Assembly (NCBI GenBank): GCA_965248575.1
Contig: CBDFJQ010000002.1
Location: 4,384,001-4,448,000, forward strand
Direction of reading: 5' to 3'
DNA length: 64,000 bases
Origin: Planctomycetota bacterium
GTDB lineage: Bacteria > Planctomycetota > B15-G4
The notes beneath the pieces were generated by a model, which saw only the letters and a list, made by a program, of their open reading frames with translations, searched no databases and was not told where the DNA came from. Shown here in pieces: positions 37,714-46,372 of this stretch (its first letter is position 1; the number at the start of each line of letters is the position of its first letter). The position numbers and the translations under genes were made by a program.

Positions 37714-40700
37714 ATGGGTCTCTTTGGAGATATTTTTGATGTGGTCACGGCCCCTTTCACGGCCCCGGCCAAGATCTTCGTGAAGGTCGTAGATGCCGTC
37801 GTCCCGGACGTCATCTCGAAACCGTTCAAGAAGGCGGTCGATACCGTGGTGAACGTGGCCAAGAAGGCGGCCACGGCCGTGGCCAAGACGGCCGTCCAGG
37901 TGGTCACTGATCCGATCGGGACGGTCGGGATGATGGGCAAGGCGACCGTCGGTCTGGGGAAGGGACTCGTCAATTTAACCGGCACGGTCCTCAAGGCCAC
38001 CGGCAAGGCGGCTCTGGGCGCCGTCGGGGTCGTCGGCAAGACGATGATGGGCGACCTCGAGGGTGCCGCCAGCGACATCGGGGACGCTGCCAAGGACGTG
38101 GCCGATTCCGTCAGCAAGGATGGCAGCGTCACGAACTTCTTCCAGGACTACGTCCCCGGTGGCGGGCTGCTCACCGCCGGTGTCCACGCTGCAGCGGGCA
38201 ACACCGAACACGCCGAGCTCGCCGCCGTCAAGGGCGTGGGCACCGCAACCGCGGCGGTCGTGGCCGCTGCGGGGGCCGCGATGGGCCCTGCGGGATTGGT
38301 CATGATGGCCGGAGCCGGGGCGGCGGCTGACACCCTGGTGCAGGGCTCGATGCGCGACTTGGTCGACCCTACGTTGCAACACCAGCTCGCGCAGGCCACC
38401 CCCGAAGGACTGATAGGGAGCTTCACCACCGGGGCCCTGTTGAAGAAGGGGCTGGAGAAGCTCAAGCACACAAAGGTCGGTGGCAAGGCCCAGGAGCTCT
38501 TGAACAAGGGGAAGGCGAAGCTCGGCTCGAAGCCCAGCATCGGGCCCAAGACCAGGGTTGATTCCTTCTCGTCCGAGCTCGGCGTCGGACTCAGCAAGCC
38601 AAAGTCCATCAAGATCCCTGGTACCCAAAGGACACTGAAGTTGCGTCTGCCCAAGGTGACGGGCGGCAAGATGGTGACGACGCCGTTGGCGGGCTTGGGG
38701 CGCGAGGCGATACCCGATGCGGTGCTGGAGCTCGACCCGACCGGACACGCCGAGGAGAGCGTCAAGAAGAGCAGCACGTGGGGGCCCGAGGGGCCCGAGC
38801 AGGCCAAGGTCGAACAGAAACCCGCGAAGACGGGCGGGAGTTCGACGGTCAAGAAGGTCGCCGCGGCGGCTTTGGTCGGTGGGGGGCTTGTCGCCGCATG
38901 GTCCGGGGGCTGGCTCCCCTCTTTGAGCTGGTTGCCTGATCCTGGTCCTGGTTATGACCCCAATACTCCAGCCGTCGTCGCCCCCAACCCCCTCAACGGG
39001 GTCCCAGAGCTCAAGGTGATCCCGGGGCTCACGAAGTCGGCCGTCAGCCTCGTTGCCAAGCCCGTTGCCAAGCCTGTTGCGCCGCTGGAAACCGAGATCG
39101 CAGCCGCAGCCCCGGAGCCCGTGGAGACCCTGACCGCGGCCGTGGCCCCCGTGCCCGATGAGACTCTGACCGCGGCCGTGGCCCCCGTGCCCGTGGAGAC
39201 CCTGACCGCGGCCGTGGATCCCGTGCCCGATGAGACTCTGACCGCGGCCGTGGCCCCCGTGCCCGCGGAGACCCTGACCGCGGCCGTGGATCCCGTGCCC
39301 GATGAGACCCTGACCGCGGCCGTGGCCCCCGTGCCCGTGGAGAGCCTGACCGCGGCCGTGGATCCCGTGCCCGATGAGAGCCTGACCGCGGCCGTGGCCC
39401 CCGTGCCCGTGGAGACCCTGACCGCGGCCGTGGATCCCGTGCCCGATGAGAGCCTGACCGCGGCCGTGGCCCCCGTGCCCGTGGAGACCCTGACCGCGGC
39501 CGTGGCCCCAGTGCCCGTGGAGACCCTGACCGCGGCCGTGGCCCCCGTGCCCGTTGAGACCCTGACCGCGGCCGTGGAGCCCGTGCCCACCCCGCCCATC
39601 GAGGTTTTGCCGCCCCCGCCCAACCTTCCCGTGGATGTCCGCCTGAGCCTGTGGGATGACGCTGCCCCGCAGCAGGACGGCGAGTACAAGCTGCCGATCG
39701 GGGAGGACGACGCAGCCAGCCTCACGCAGCAGTTACAGGTCGCGCCCGAGCTGCGGCTCGCGGGCACGCTGACTGATGGCACCGCCTTGCCCGCGGACTA
39801 CTTGATGGATGCTGCGGACAACGTCGTCTTCGATGACGTTGTGGGTGACCCCGACGATCTCATCCGGGTGGTCTACGAGGATGTGGACCCCGGCGACCTC
39901 GAAGGTGGTCGGTACGCCCGCGCACTCACCGCCACGGGCAAGGGCGTCGGCCAAGCCGAGCTCTCTGTCTCCCTGCTGGACGCTCCCGGCGTGACGGCCT
40001 CCCTCCGGGTGGAGGTGGTCAGCGCCGGCATGTCGGTGGACGAGTACCAGTTCGAGGAAGGTCTCAAGTCGGGCGACCCCACCGAGGCTTACGTCGCGGC
40101 GGGACGGCTGGTGGAGAAGGCCACCGCGAACGGGGATGCCCCCGGTCTCAACAACATCGCCTGGAAGATTCTGGATCCCGAGGTCGCCGTGGTCCGGCGC
40201 GATCTCGACCTGGCCCAGCAGGTTGTGGACAAGGCCTTCGAGTTCTCGGCGTCTCGGAACATGCACAGCAAACTGCTGCACACCGAGGCGCGCATCCTGG
40301 CCCATAAGGGCGAACTCACGGAGGCGCTGAAGCAGGAGGCCGAGGCCATCCAACTCGGGGCGGGCGAGCCTGACCTGCTGGCCGCCCGGGACGAATACGC
40401 CCGGCGGGTGGTGGATATGTACGTGGCGGATCCCATCAACTCGGGGCTTTTGGGGGAGCTGACGGGGCTGAAGGACACGTACTCCAATGAACGGGATGTG
40501 AACAACCTGGACCGGCTCGCGTGGGACATCGTCAAGCCGCGCACCGGAGCCACCTTGACCGACGACGGCGCCTATCTGGCTCTGCAGGCGTCGAAGAAAG
40601 CCGTCGAGCTGACTCAGTCGAAGGAACCGAGATTCCTCGTGACGGAGGCAACAGCCGCTTACCGCCTGGGGGACTACACCGGCGCGCTCAATAGTCAGAC

Positions 40701-41103
40701 CCTGGCGGTGACCCTGGCGCCGCAGGACGCCTCGCTCAAACTCGCGCTCGAGAAGTACCGCGCACTGGCCCAGGGCAGGAACCCCTCGTCCTCGGCTGGC
40801 GGCAAGGGCCTGGCGTCCGGTGCCCCCGGGTGGTTGAGCGTGAGTGTCTATGGGGGGGACGCCCCGAACCTGGCCATCAAGGTCTGGCGTTTGCCCTGGA
40901 GCGGCGAAGGTTCTCCGCCCCTGAGGACCGTGAACGTGCAGAACGAAGACGCCTATGACAGTGTCCCCGTCGTCAAGATCGACCTGCCGCCGGGAGACTA
41001 CCGGGTCATCGCCGGGGATTCGTCTGGCGGGACCGCTTGGAACGAGGTGAAGGTTTTCAGCGGGGACACCGTGGACGTCAATTTGACGATCGACTACCGC
41101 TGA
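37714..41103 (+). CDS. 1129-aa mosaic protein: amphipathic/Gly-Ala helices, hydrophobic segment, Pro/Thr stalk, Ig-like, two TPR modules, C-terminal beta domain
   Basis: Long ORF with GC3-biased codons. LNNIAW.I.DP / LDRLAW.IV.P TPR modules. No classical signal peptide. Confidence 0.85.
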   Translation: MGLFGDIFDVVTAPFTAPAKIFVKVVDAVVPDVISKPFKKAVDTVVNVAKKAATAVAKTAVQVVTDPIGTVGMMGKATVGLGKGLVNLTGTVLKATGKAALGAVGVVGKTMMGDLEGAASDIGDAAKDVADSVSKDGSVTNFFQDYVPGGGLLTAGVHAAAGNTEHAELAAVKGVGTATAAVVAAAGAAMGPAGLVMMAGAGAAADTLVQGSMRDLVDPTLQHQLAQATPEGLIGSFTTGALLKKGLEKLKHTKVGGKAQELLNKGKAKLGSKPSIGPKTRVDSFSSELGVGLSKPKSIKIPGTQRTLKLRLPKVTGGKMVTTPLAGLGREAIPDAVLELDPTGHAEESVKKSSTWGPEGPEQAKVEQKPAKTGGSSTVKKVAAAALVGGGLVAAWSGGWLPSLSWLPDPGPGYDPNTPAVVAPNPLNGVPELKVIPGLTKSAVSLVAKPVAKPVAPLETEIAAAAPEPVETLTAAVAPVPDETLTAAVAPVPVETLTAAVDPVPDETLTAAVAPVPAETLTAAVDPVPDETLTAAVAPVPVESLTAAVDPVPDESLTAAVAPVPVETLTAAVDPVPDESLTAAVAPVPVETLTAAVAPVPVETLTAAVAPVPVETLTAAVEPVPTPPIEVLPPPPNLPVDVRLSLWDDAAPQQDGEYKLPIGEDDAASLTQQLQVAPELRLAGTLTDGTALPADYLMDAADNVVFDDVVGDPDDLIRVVYEDVDPGDLEGGRYARALTATGKGVGQAELSVSLLDAPGVTASLRVEVVSAGMSVDEYQFEEGLKSGDPTEAYVAAGRLVEKATANGDAPGLNNIAWKILDPEVAVVRRDLDLAQQVVDKAFEFSASRNMHSKLLHTEARILAHKGELTEALKQEAEAIQLGAGEPDLLAARDEYARRVVDMYVADPINSGLLGELTGLKDTYSNERDVNNLDRLAWDIVKPRTGATLTDDGAYLALQASKKAVELTQSKEPRFLVTEATAAYRLGDYTGALNSQTLAVTLAPQDASLKLALEKYRALAQGRNPSSSAGGKGLASGAPGWLSVSVYGGDAPNLAIKVWRLPWSGEGSPPLRTVNVQNEDAYDSVPVVKIDLPPGDYRVIAGDSSGGTAWNEVKVFSGDTVDVNLTIDYR
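39124..39591 (+). repeat. Intragenic VNTR, 13 x 36 bp
   Basis: Unit GAGACCCTGACCGCGGCCGTGGCCCCCGTGCCCGTG encodes E(T/S)LTAAV(A/D/E)PVPx; no spacers. Confidence 0.95.
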
Positions 41104-41190
41104 GCCCGCCTGCCGTCCTCCGTCTGCCGTCGTGCGTTGCGGGCGCTCTTCACCGCCTGCGAGTTCTCAAGACCCATTGACGGATCGGCT

Positions 41191-41239
41191 TGGCTGAGAG
41201 CCAGCCTCCACATGAGGGGGTTTTGAATGGCCTCTCCTC
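41191..41239 (+). repeat. Dispersed motif, copy 3
   Basis: TGGCTGAG-N11-ACATGAGGGGGTTTTGAATGGCCTCTCCTC, colinear with 11251-11299. Confidence 0.55.
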
Positions 41240-41412
41240 GCTCGGAATGCACTCGGGCTCTTGTCCAGACTGCCCTGGGTCGCTCGGGCAAAACCCCGGC
41301 GAGGTCGCGAGATTCGTCCGGGGCGGATACCATCGCGTCGGGACGGTGCTGAAGGAAGTACCGTGGGTGCGAGTGCCGTCGGTGCTCCAAATCACTTCAA
41401 AAGGAGGCTGGA

Positions 41413-42663
41413 ATGTCCGAGCGCCTGTCCGCGTTTTTCGTCGTCGCCATGGCCAGCCTGCTGAGCCTGGCCCTGTCCGCTCCTGCCTACGCCGGCAACC
41501 CGACCATCGACGTCAATGAGTTCAGTGACGGAGCCGACGCCGACCTCGGAGACGGTGTCGTCGATGCCGATCTCGATGAGCCAGGCGAACAGCGCACCTT
41601 GCGCGCCGCGATCCAGCACGCCAACGCCACACCCGGTGCCGACACGATCACGCTCCCCGCTGGGACCTACAAGCTCACCATCAAGGGCGGCGAGGAGGAC
41701 GCCGGCGCGCTGGGCGACCTCGACATCACCGATGACCTCACGATCACCGGCGCCGCTGCCGATACGACGATCATCAAGGCCAAGAAGGCCAAGGACCGGA
41801 TCTTCGATGTCCACTTCGACGCGGTCGTCACGATCAACGACCTGACCCTGCTCGGGGGACGCGCCGACGGCGGGGGCGGCGGAGGGATCCGCAACTTCAG
41901 TGACCTGACGGTCAATCGGTGTGTCATCACCAAGTGTAGGCCGCTGTCGAAAACCGACGACGGCGGCGCCATCGAGAACTGCGAGGGAGTGCTCGCCGTC
42001 AATGACTCGTACCTCTTGAAGAACAGGTCCAACGACGATGCCGGTGCTGTCGATTCCGACTTCGGCACGACGACGTTCACCAACGTGACCTTCGATCGCA
42101 ACAGGGCCAAGGACGAGGGCGGTGCGGTCGAGAACGACGGCGGCACGACGAGCTTCATCAACTGCACGCTGAGCAAGAACCGGGCCAAGAACAACGGCGC
42201 CGCCATCAACAACGAGGAAGGCGGCACGATCAACCTCACCAACTGCACGCTGGCCTTCAACATCGCCAAGGCGGACCAGAACATCTTCTCGGGCCCGGTT
42301 GCCGGTGAAGGCGGGGGCGAAGTCGTGAACATGACCAATACGATCCTGTTCGGAAAGAAGAAGAAGAAGGTCAACTGCGTCGGCTCGATCACGTCCGGCG
42401 GCGGCAACCTCGAGTCGGGGACCGACTGCGGTTTCTCAGGGTCGGACCAGAGCGGGACCGATCCGCGGCTGGACAAGAAGGCCCGCGACAACGGTGGCTT
42501 CGCGCCGACACACTTGCTGCGGGACGACAGCCCCGCGATCGACGCAGGCAACGACGCCAACTGTCCGGGCACCGATCAGGCCGGCAACGCCTACGCGGAC
42601 GTTCCCAACGTGGGGGCCTCGGTGTGCGACATCGGCGCGCTGGAGTACATCCCCGACGCGTAA
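41413..42663 (+). CDS. Secreted CSLREA-like / choice-of-anchor-Q beta-helix protein
   Basis: AGGAGG SD; TLRAAIQHAN, GDLDI, GGAI.N repeats, DNGG..PTH.L..DSPAIDAG...CDIGALE. Confidence 0.85.
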   Translation: MSERLSAFFVVAMASLLSLALSAPAYAGNPTIDVNEFSDGADADLGDGVVDADLDEPGEQRTLRAAIQHANATPGADTITLPAGTYKLTIKGGEEDAGALGDLDITDDLTITGAAADTTIIKAKKAKDRIFDVHFDAVVTINDLTLLGGRADGGGGGGIRNFSDLTVNRCVITKCRPLSKTDDGGAIENCEGVLAVNDSYLLKNRSNDDAGAVDSDFGTTTFTNVTFDRNRAKDEGGAVENDGGTTSFINCTLSKNRAKNNGAAINNEEGGTINLTNCTLAFNIAKADQNIFSGPVAGEGGGEVVNMTNTILFGKKKKKVNCVGSITSGGGNLESGTDCGFSGSDQSGTDPRLDKKARDNGGFAPTHLLRDDSPAIDAGNDANCPGTDQAGNAYADVPNVGASVCDIGALEYIPDA

Positions 42664-42713
42664 CAGCAGGGCGTGGCGGACGGGCCCTCACCGCACCAAG
42701 GTGTCGAACGTCA

Positions 42714-42753
42714 CCGAGCGGAACGCGAGCTTCCACCCCGGCTTCATTGAGTG
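42714..42753 (+). repeat. 40-bp copy of an internal piece of the WbsX-like gene (59103-59142)
   Basis: 36/40 identical by manual alignment. Confidence 0.8.
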
Positions 42754-42791
42754 ATCGCCGTTTGCGAATCCGCAACGATCCGCGCAGTCCT

Positions 42792-42816
42792 GGTTCGAGT
42801 CCCTTCGCCCTCGCCA
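42792..42816 (+). other. tRNA 3'-end fragment, candidate att site
   Basis: GGTTCGAGTCCCTTCGCCCTCG-CCA gives T-loop, T-stem 3' side, acceptor 3' strand, G73 and CCA. No matching 5' half upstream. Confidence 0.7.
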
Positions 42817-42880
42817 TTCTTCGCACCTGGGCCACGCAACGGACTGGAGAGCTTTCCGGCTCGGAGGGCGGTGGCCTCCC

Positions 42881-43705
42881 TCAGGCTCCGGTCCAGCGCC
42901 AGACATAGCTGCGGGCCTTGCGCTTCATGCGCTTGCGGATGGCCTTGATGAGCAGGGTCTTCGCCATCACGTGCGCCGCTTCGTCGCCAGCCGCCTCGTT
43001 GCCGGCCGCCTCGTCGAGCAGCGCGCGGGCTTCTGCCTCGGACGCGCCCTGCCGGATCGACGACTTGGTGATGCGATAGAGATCGGTCCGCCGCAGAACG
43101 GCGCGGTGCCAGGCGGTCCGCGGCCAGCGAGCGCGCGGGATGTCGATCATCATGGCGTGTGGGCCGTCGCTGTCGCGGGTCAGCAGGATGTTGCGCGAGG
43201 CCAGATCGCCGTGGCGCACGCCGGCCTCGTGGACCCGACGGATCAACCCGCCCACCTCGCGGAAAACCCCCTCGCGGTTTGCGCCGACTGATTCCGCCAG
43301 GGCTCCCGACTGGTCCCCGGCAATCTCGTTGAAGGGCACGCTGTCATGAATGCGCTTCAAGAGCAGGAACGACCGCCGCGAAATGCCAGCCCGCTTCTCC
43401 TCGCCCCAACCGACGATCTCCGGGACCTCCATGGGCACGCGGCTGGCGCGGGCCAGGCAGCGCGCCTCGCGGGTGACATCCCAGCGGCGGCGCCACATCT
43501 GCGTGCTGCAGCGCATGGGCACGGCCAGGCCCTTCAGGAACAGGCCGCCCTCGTCGTCCAGGAGGAGGTGCCCGCGCCAGTTGCCCTCACCGATGCCAAG
43601 CAGGGCCCAGACGCGCTCGAAGACGTCCACATCCGTGTCAACACCGGATGCCTCCAGCAGTGCGCTGGGCTGCAGGCGATGAACCACGATCGTAGACTGC
43701 CCCAC
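42881..43705 (-). CDS. Kdo/WaaP/InaA-family lipopolysaccharide kinase-like protein
   Basis: GGAGGT SD before GTG 43705; REA..L, VPE, H.AGV.HGDLASRNIL, MID. Confidence 0.8.
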   Translation of the reverse strand: MGQSTIVVHRLQPSALLEASGVDTDVDVFERVWALLGIGEGNWRGHLLLDDEGGLFLKGLAVPMRCSTQMWRRRWDVTREARCLARASRVPMEVPEIVGWGEEKRAGISRRSFLLLKRIHDSVPFNEIAGDQSGALAESVGANREGVFREVGGLIRRVHEAGVRHGDLASRNILLTRDSDGPHAMMIDIPRARWPRTAWHRAVLRRTDLYRITKSSIRQGASEAEARALLDEAAGNEAAGDEAAHVMAKTLLIKAIRKRMKRKARSYVWRWTGA

Positions 43706-44416
43706 AATGACACCTCCGGGACGGGTGCTCTCCGGCCGTGTCGCAGCGGCCGAACGCGCGCGGAGAGTAGCACGGCTCACAACGCGCCCTTAGTCGTGTT
43801 CCATGGCGTGCCGAAAGTCGTGCACCAAGTCGTCGATGAAGGGGCGCAACACGCTCGGAGGGCCACTCTGCTGGTCTGCGTGGAGTTCGCTCGCTCAGGG
43901 TCGCTGTCTTCCCGGCTTCGTCCGAGGGCTGCGATATCCGCCGGTCACCCGCCCAGCACAACGGCCCATGAGGCAACGTGGGGGCTCAGGTCGGCAACCC
44001 CGGAGAGCACGAAGGACGCCGAGCTCGCCAGCACGAGGGTGGCCACGGTGGGAATGGTCACGAAGTAGATGACGCGCTCGTCCACCCGGGGCGGGTCGGG
44101 TCGCGGCTAGCTGGGCTGCAGTCCACTGGCGAGCATGCAGTCGTAGGGGGCCGGGTGGGTGGAGAGCTTTGAACCGATGTTCACGGGCGAGGGGTTGGCT
44201 TCGTAGAGACGCTCCAGCGCCAAGGCATGGACGCGCTCCTCTTGCTGTTCTGAGTCAGCGTCGCTCCCGTGCTCCACGTCGTGCTCATCGGGTCTCGCCA
44301 GGCTTCCCAATGCCTCGTCGATGTTGAAGCCCACGCCAAGCACGAGCGACATCAATCGGTCGAGTTGTCACACCCTCCGGGTGCGAGGGCCGCGCAGGGT
44401 CTTCGGGATGGACAGC

Positions 44417-45082
44417 TCATCCCCGGTTCATGACCAGATAGGCGACAAGGTTCTGGCTCAGCTCACGTACGAATTCCTCATCGCTCAACTCAAGTATCCG
44501 CGCCGGAGTCGCTGTGGGGAACAGGGCACGTTCCTTGATGCTGGTGATCAGAACGAGGCAGAACAGCTTGGTCCGGGCCTCGTCGGGAAGCTCATGCCCC
44601 TGTTGGCGGAGTGCCTCTAGGATTGGGGCCAGGATCTCTTCGTAGCCGGCCTGACGTCCGGTGGCCGATTCGCCCAGCTCGATATCGGAATGCAATCGCA
44701 GATAGAGATACAGCGTGCGCAAGATCGGCTGGTTGTCCCGAAAGAAGTTGACGTGCTCTCTCACCACGTGGGTGACACGCTCTTCGACCGATGTGTGTCG
44801 CCGTCGTTGTTCCTCATCCCATAGCGCTTTGCCCCAGCGGTTCAGCCGCTGGTCGTAGCGCTCATAGAGCGCCGGCAGCAGCGCGCTCTTGTCCTGGAAT
44901 CGCCGGTACAGCGTGGCGGCTGCGACACCTGCTTCGCTGGCCAGCTGACGGGTGGTGATCTGCTCGAAGAAGTGGTTCTCGAGCAGGCGTTCGAGCGCAG
45001 CAAGGATCCTGTTCTGGGTCTCCCGGGATCGTTGTTGTTGGGGTTCGTGCACCAGTGCAGGGCCTCTTGAGCTCTTGGACAG
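44417..45082 (-). CDS. TetR-family regulator
   Basis: PQQQRSRETQNRILAA...IT...LA.EAGV...TLYRRF.DK. Start is GTG 45052 or in-frame CTG 45082. Confidence 0.88.
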   Translation of the reverse strand: MSKSSRGPALVHEPQQQRSRETQNRILAALERLLENHFFEQITTRQLASEAGVAAATLYRRFQDKSALLPALYERYDQRLNRWGKALWDEEQRRRHTSVEERVTHVVREHVNFFRDNQPILRTLYLYLRLHSDIELGESATGRQAGYEEILAPILEALRQQGHELPDEARTKLFCLVLITSIKERALFPTATPARILELSDEEFVRELSQNLVAYLVMNRG

Positions 45083-45097
45083 GAGGCCATCGTACTA

Positions 45098-45159
45098 AAT
45101 GTGAACGGGTGTTTACAATTTGCTCAATCATCCGTACAATGTGAGCATGCGTTTACATT
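45098..45159. promoter_or_regulatory. Divergent promoter with two palindromic operators 40 bp apart
   Basis: AATGTGAAC-N4-GTTTACAAT and AATGTGAGC-N4-GTTTACATT. Plus strand has TTTACA-17-TACAAT. Confidence 0.8.
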
Positions 45160-45174
45160 GGCAGGTGAAGTGAC

Positions 45175-45948
45175 ATGACTCGACGAATCCTCTGGAGGCT
45201 GAGCGCCCTCGCCTTCCTGGCCCTCGCCTTATGGGGGCATGCGTTCTCGGCGGTTTTCGATCTGGTGGATCCGGATGCGGACCAACTGACCGTCTACCTC
45301 ATGAACAAGGGCCTGTTCGCCGTCGCGCTGCTGATCATGCTCGCGAAATGGGATGGCTTGCGAGGCTACGGGTTCGAGCGCGGCCGGAGTTGGCGGTTCC
45401 TGCTCCCGGGAGCCCCATTCCTGCTCCTGACGGCCCTGTTGGCGGTGAACCCGGAATCGCCGTATGGCCTCGGCACGGCCGCCGCGCTGGGCTGGATTCT
45501 GGTCTCGGTCTTCGTCGCAATCGGTGAGGAAGGTGTCTTCAGAGGCCTGATCTGGCGGGCCCTGGAGGATCGGGGAATGCTGACCACCAGTCTGCTGACC
45601 TCGGTGCTGTTCGGCGCAGTGCATCTGCTGGGCCTGTTCGCCCCAATCCCATGGCAGATCATCGTCAGTCAGGCTGTGTTCGCCGCGGGCGTGGGCATGA
45701 TGTTCGCCGCCGTCAGGCTGGTTTCCGGCTCCCTGCTGGCGCCGATCTTCCTGCATGCGCTGTTCGACGCCGGTGCCATCGTCGCCGCCGGCGGGGTCCA
45801 GGAGATGTTCTCCGACACCATGAGCGTCGGACGCCTCTTGGTTCCAGGGATCGCTTTCTTTGTCTGGGGGCTGATCTGCGTCCTGGTGATTCGACGACGA
45901 CGTCGGACCACCAGGGTCATGCCGTCCGCCACCGAAGTGTCGCGATGA
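45175..45948 (+). CDS. CPBP (CAAX/Abi) intramembrane metalloprotease
   Basis: EEGVFRG, LFGAVH, HALFD; multiple TM helices. Confidence 0.9.
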   Translation: MTRRILWRLSALAFLALALWGHAFSAVFDLVDPDADQLTVYLMNKGLFAVALLIMLAKWDGLRGYGFERGRSWRFLLPGAPFLLLTALLAVNPESPYGLGTAAALGWILVSVFVAIGEEGVFRGLIWRALEDRGMLTTSLLTSVLFGAVHLLGLFAPIPWQIIVSQAVFAAGVGMMFAAVRLVSGSLLAPIFLHALFDAGAIVAAGGVQEMFSDTMSVGRLLVPGIAFFVWGLICVLVIRRRRRTTRVMPSATEVSR

Positions 45949-46011
45949 GCTCCCTGACCCCGTGCTGTCCACAGGTAGAGTCGCCACCGAACCGCTGTCC
46001 TCGAAGCGCTT

Positions 46012-46282
46012 GCGACTCGCTTCATGGCGACACCTTCGGCCTCGCAGCGTAACTTCAGCAACGCCTGCAAAAGGTCCACCAACGTCTTGTGACCGGAGAA
46101 TGCTTCACGCCGTGCGCGATGTTCTCCCGCAAACCCCGGATGCGCGTCAGTTGTTGGCGATTCTTCGGGAGGTGCTGGGCGATCTCGGCCAGCGCGTCGT
46201 CGCGGATCAGCCAGTTGCGCGGGAGATCCCGGTCGATGGTGGCCCTTCGCGCCATGCCGCCAGCTCGCGAAGCACCGCGAGG
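46012..46282 (-). pseudogene. rnd: Decayed partial copy of rnd (57992-58345)
   Basis: DRDLPRNWLIRDDALAEIAQHLPKNRQQL and LLQALLKLRCEA match the intact gene. 82-bp internal deletion at a GCCG microhomology. Confidence 0.9.
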
Positions 46283-46372
46283 CGCCGGCACCCGCGGACG
46301 TGACCGTGCTCGCCTCGTTCTTCAGTCAGTGAAGCTGCGCTTGTTCTGGCCGACACGACAACCTCATGTGAG

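Noticed and set aside
39124..39591. 36-bp repeats as a CRISPR array
   Set aside because: Units are contiguous with no spacers, in frame within a CDS, and no cas genes are present.
42740..42816. Intact tRNA gene
   Set aside because: No acceptor 5' strand, D-arm or anticodon arm can be folded; only the 3' 25 nt are tRNA-like.
43790..44360. Short ORFs between the LPS kinase and TetR genes (M48-like STHP tail, membrane fragment)
   Set aside because: Too fragmentary to assign by eye.
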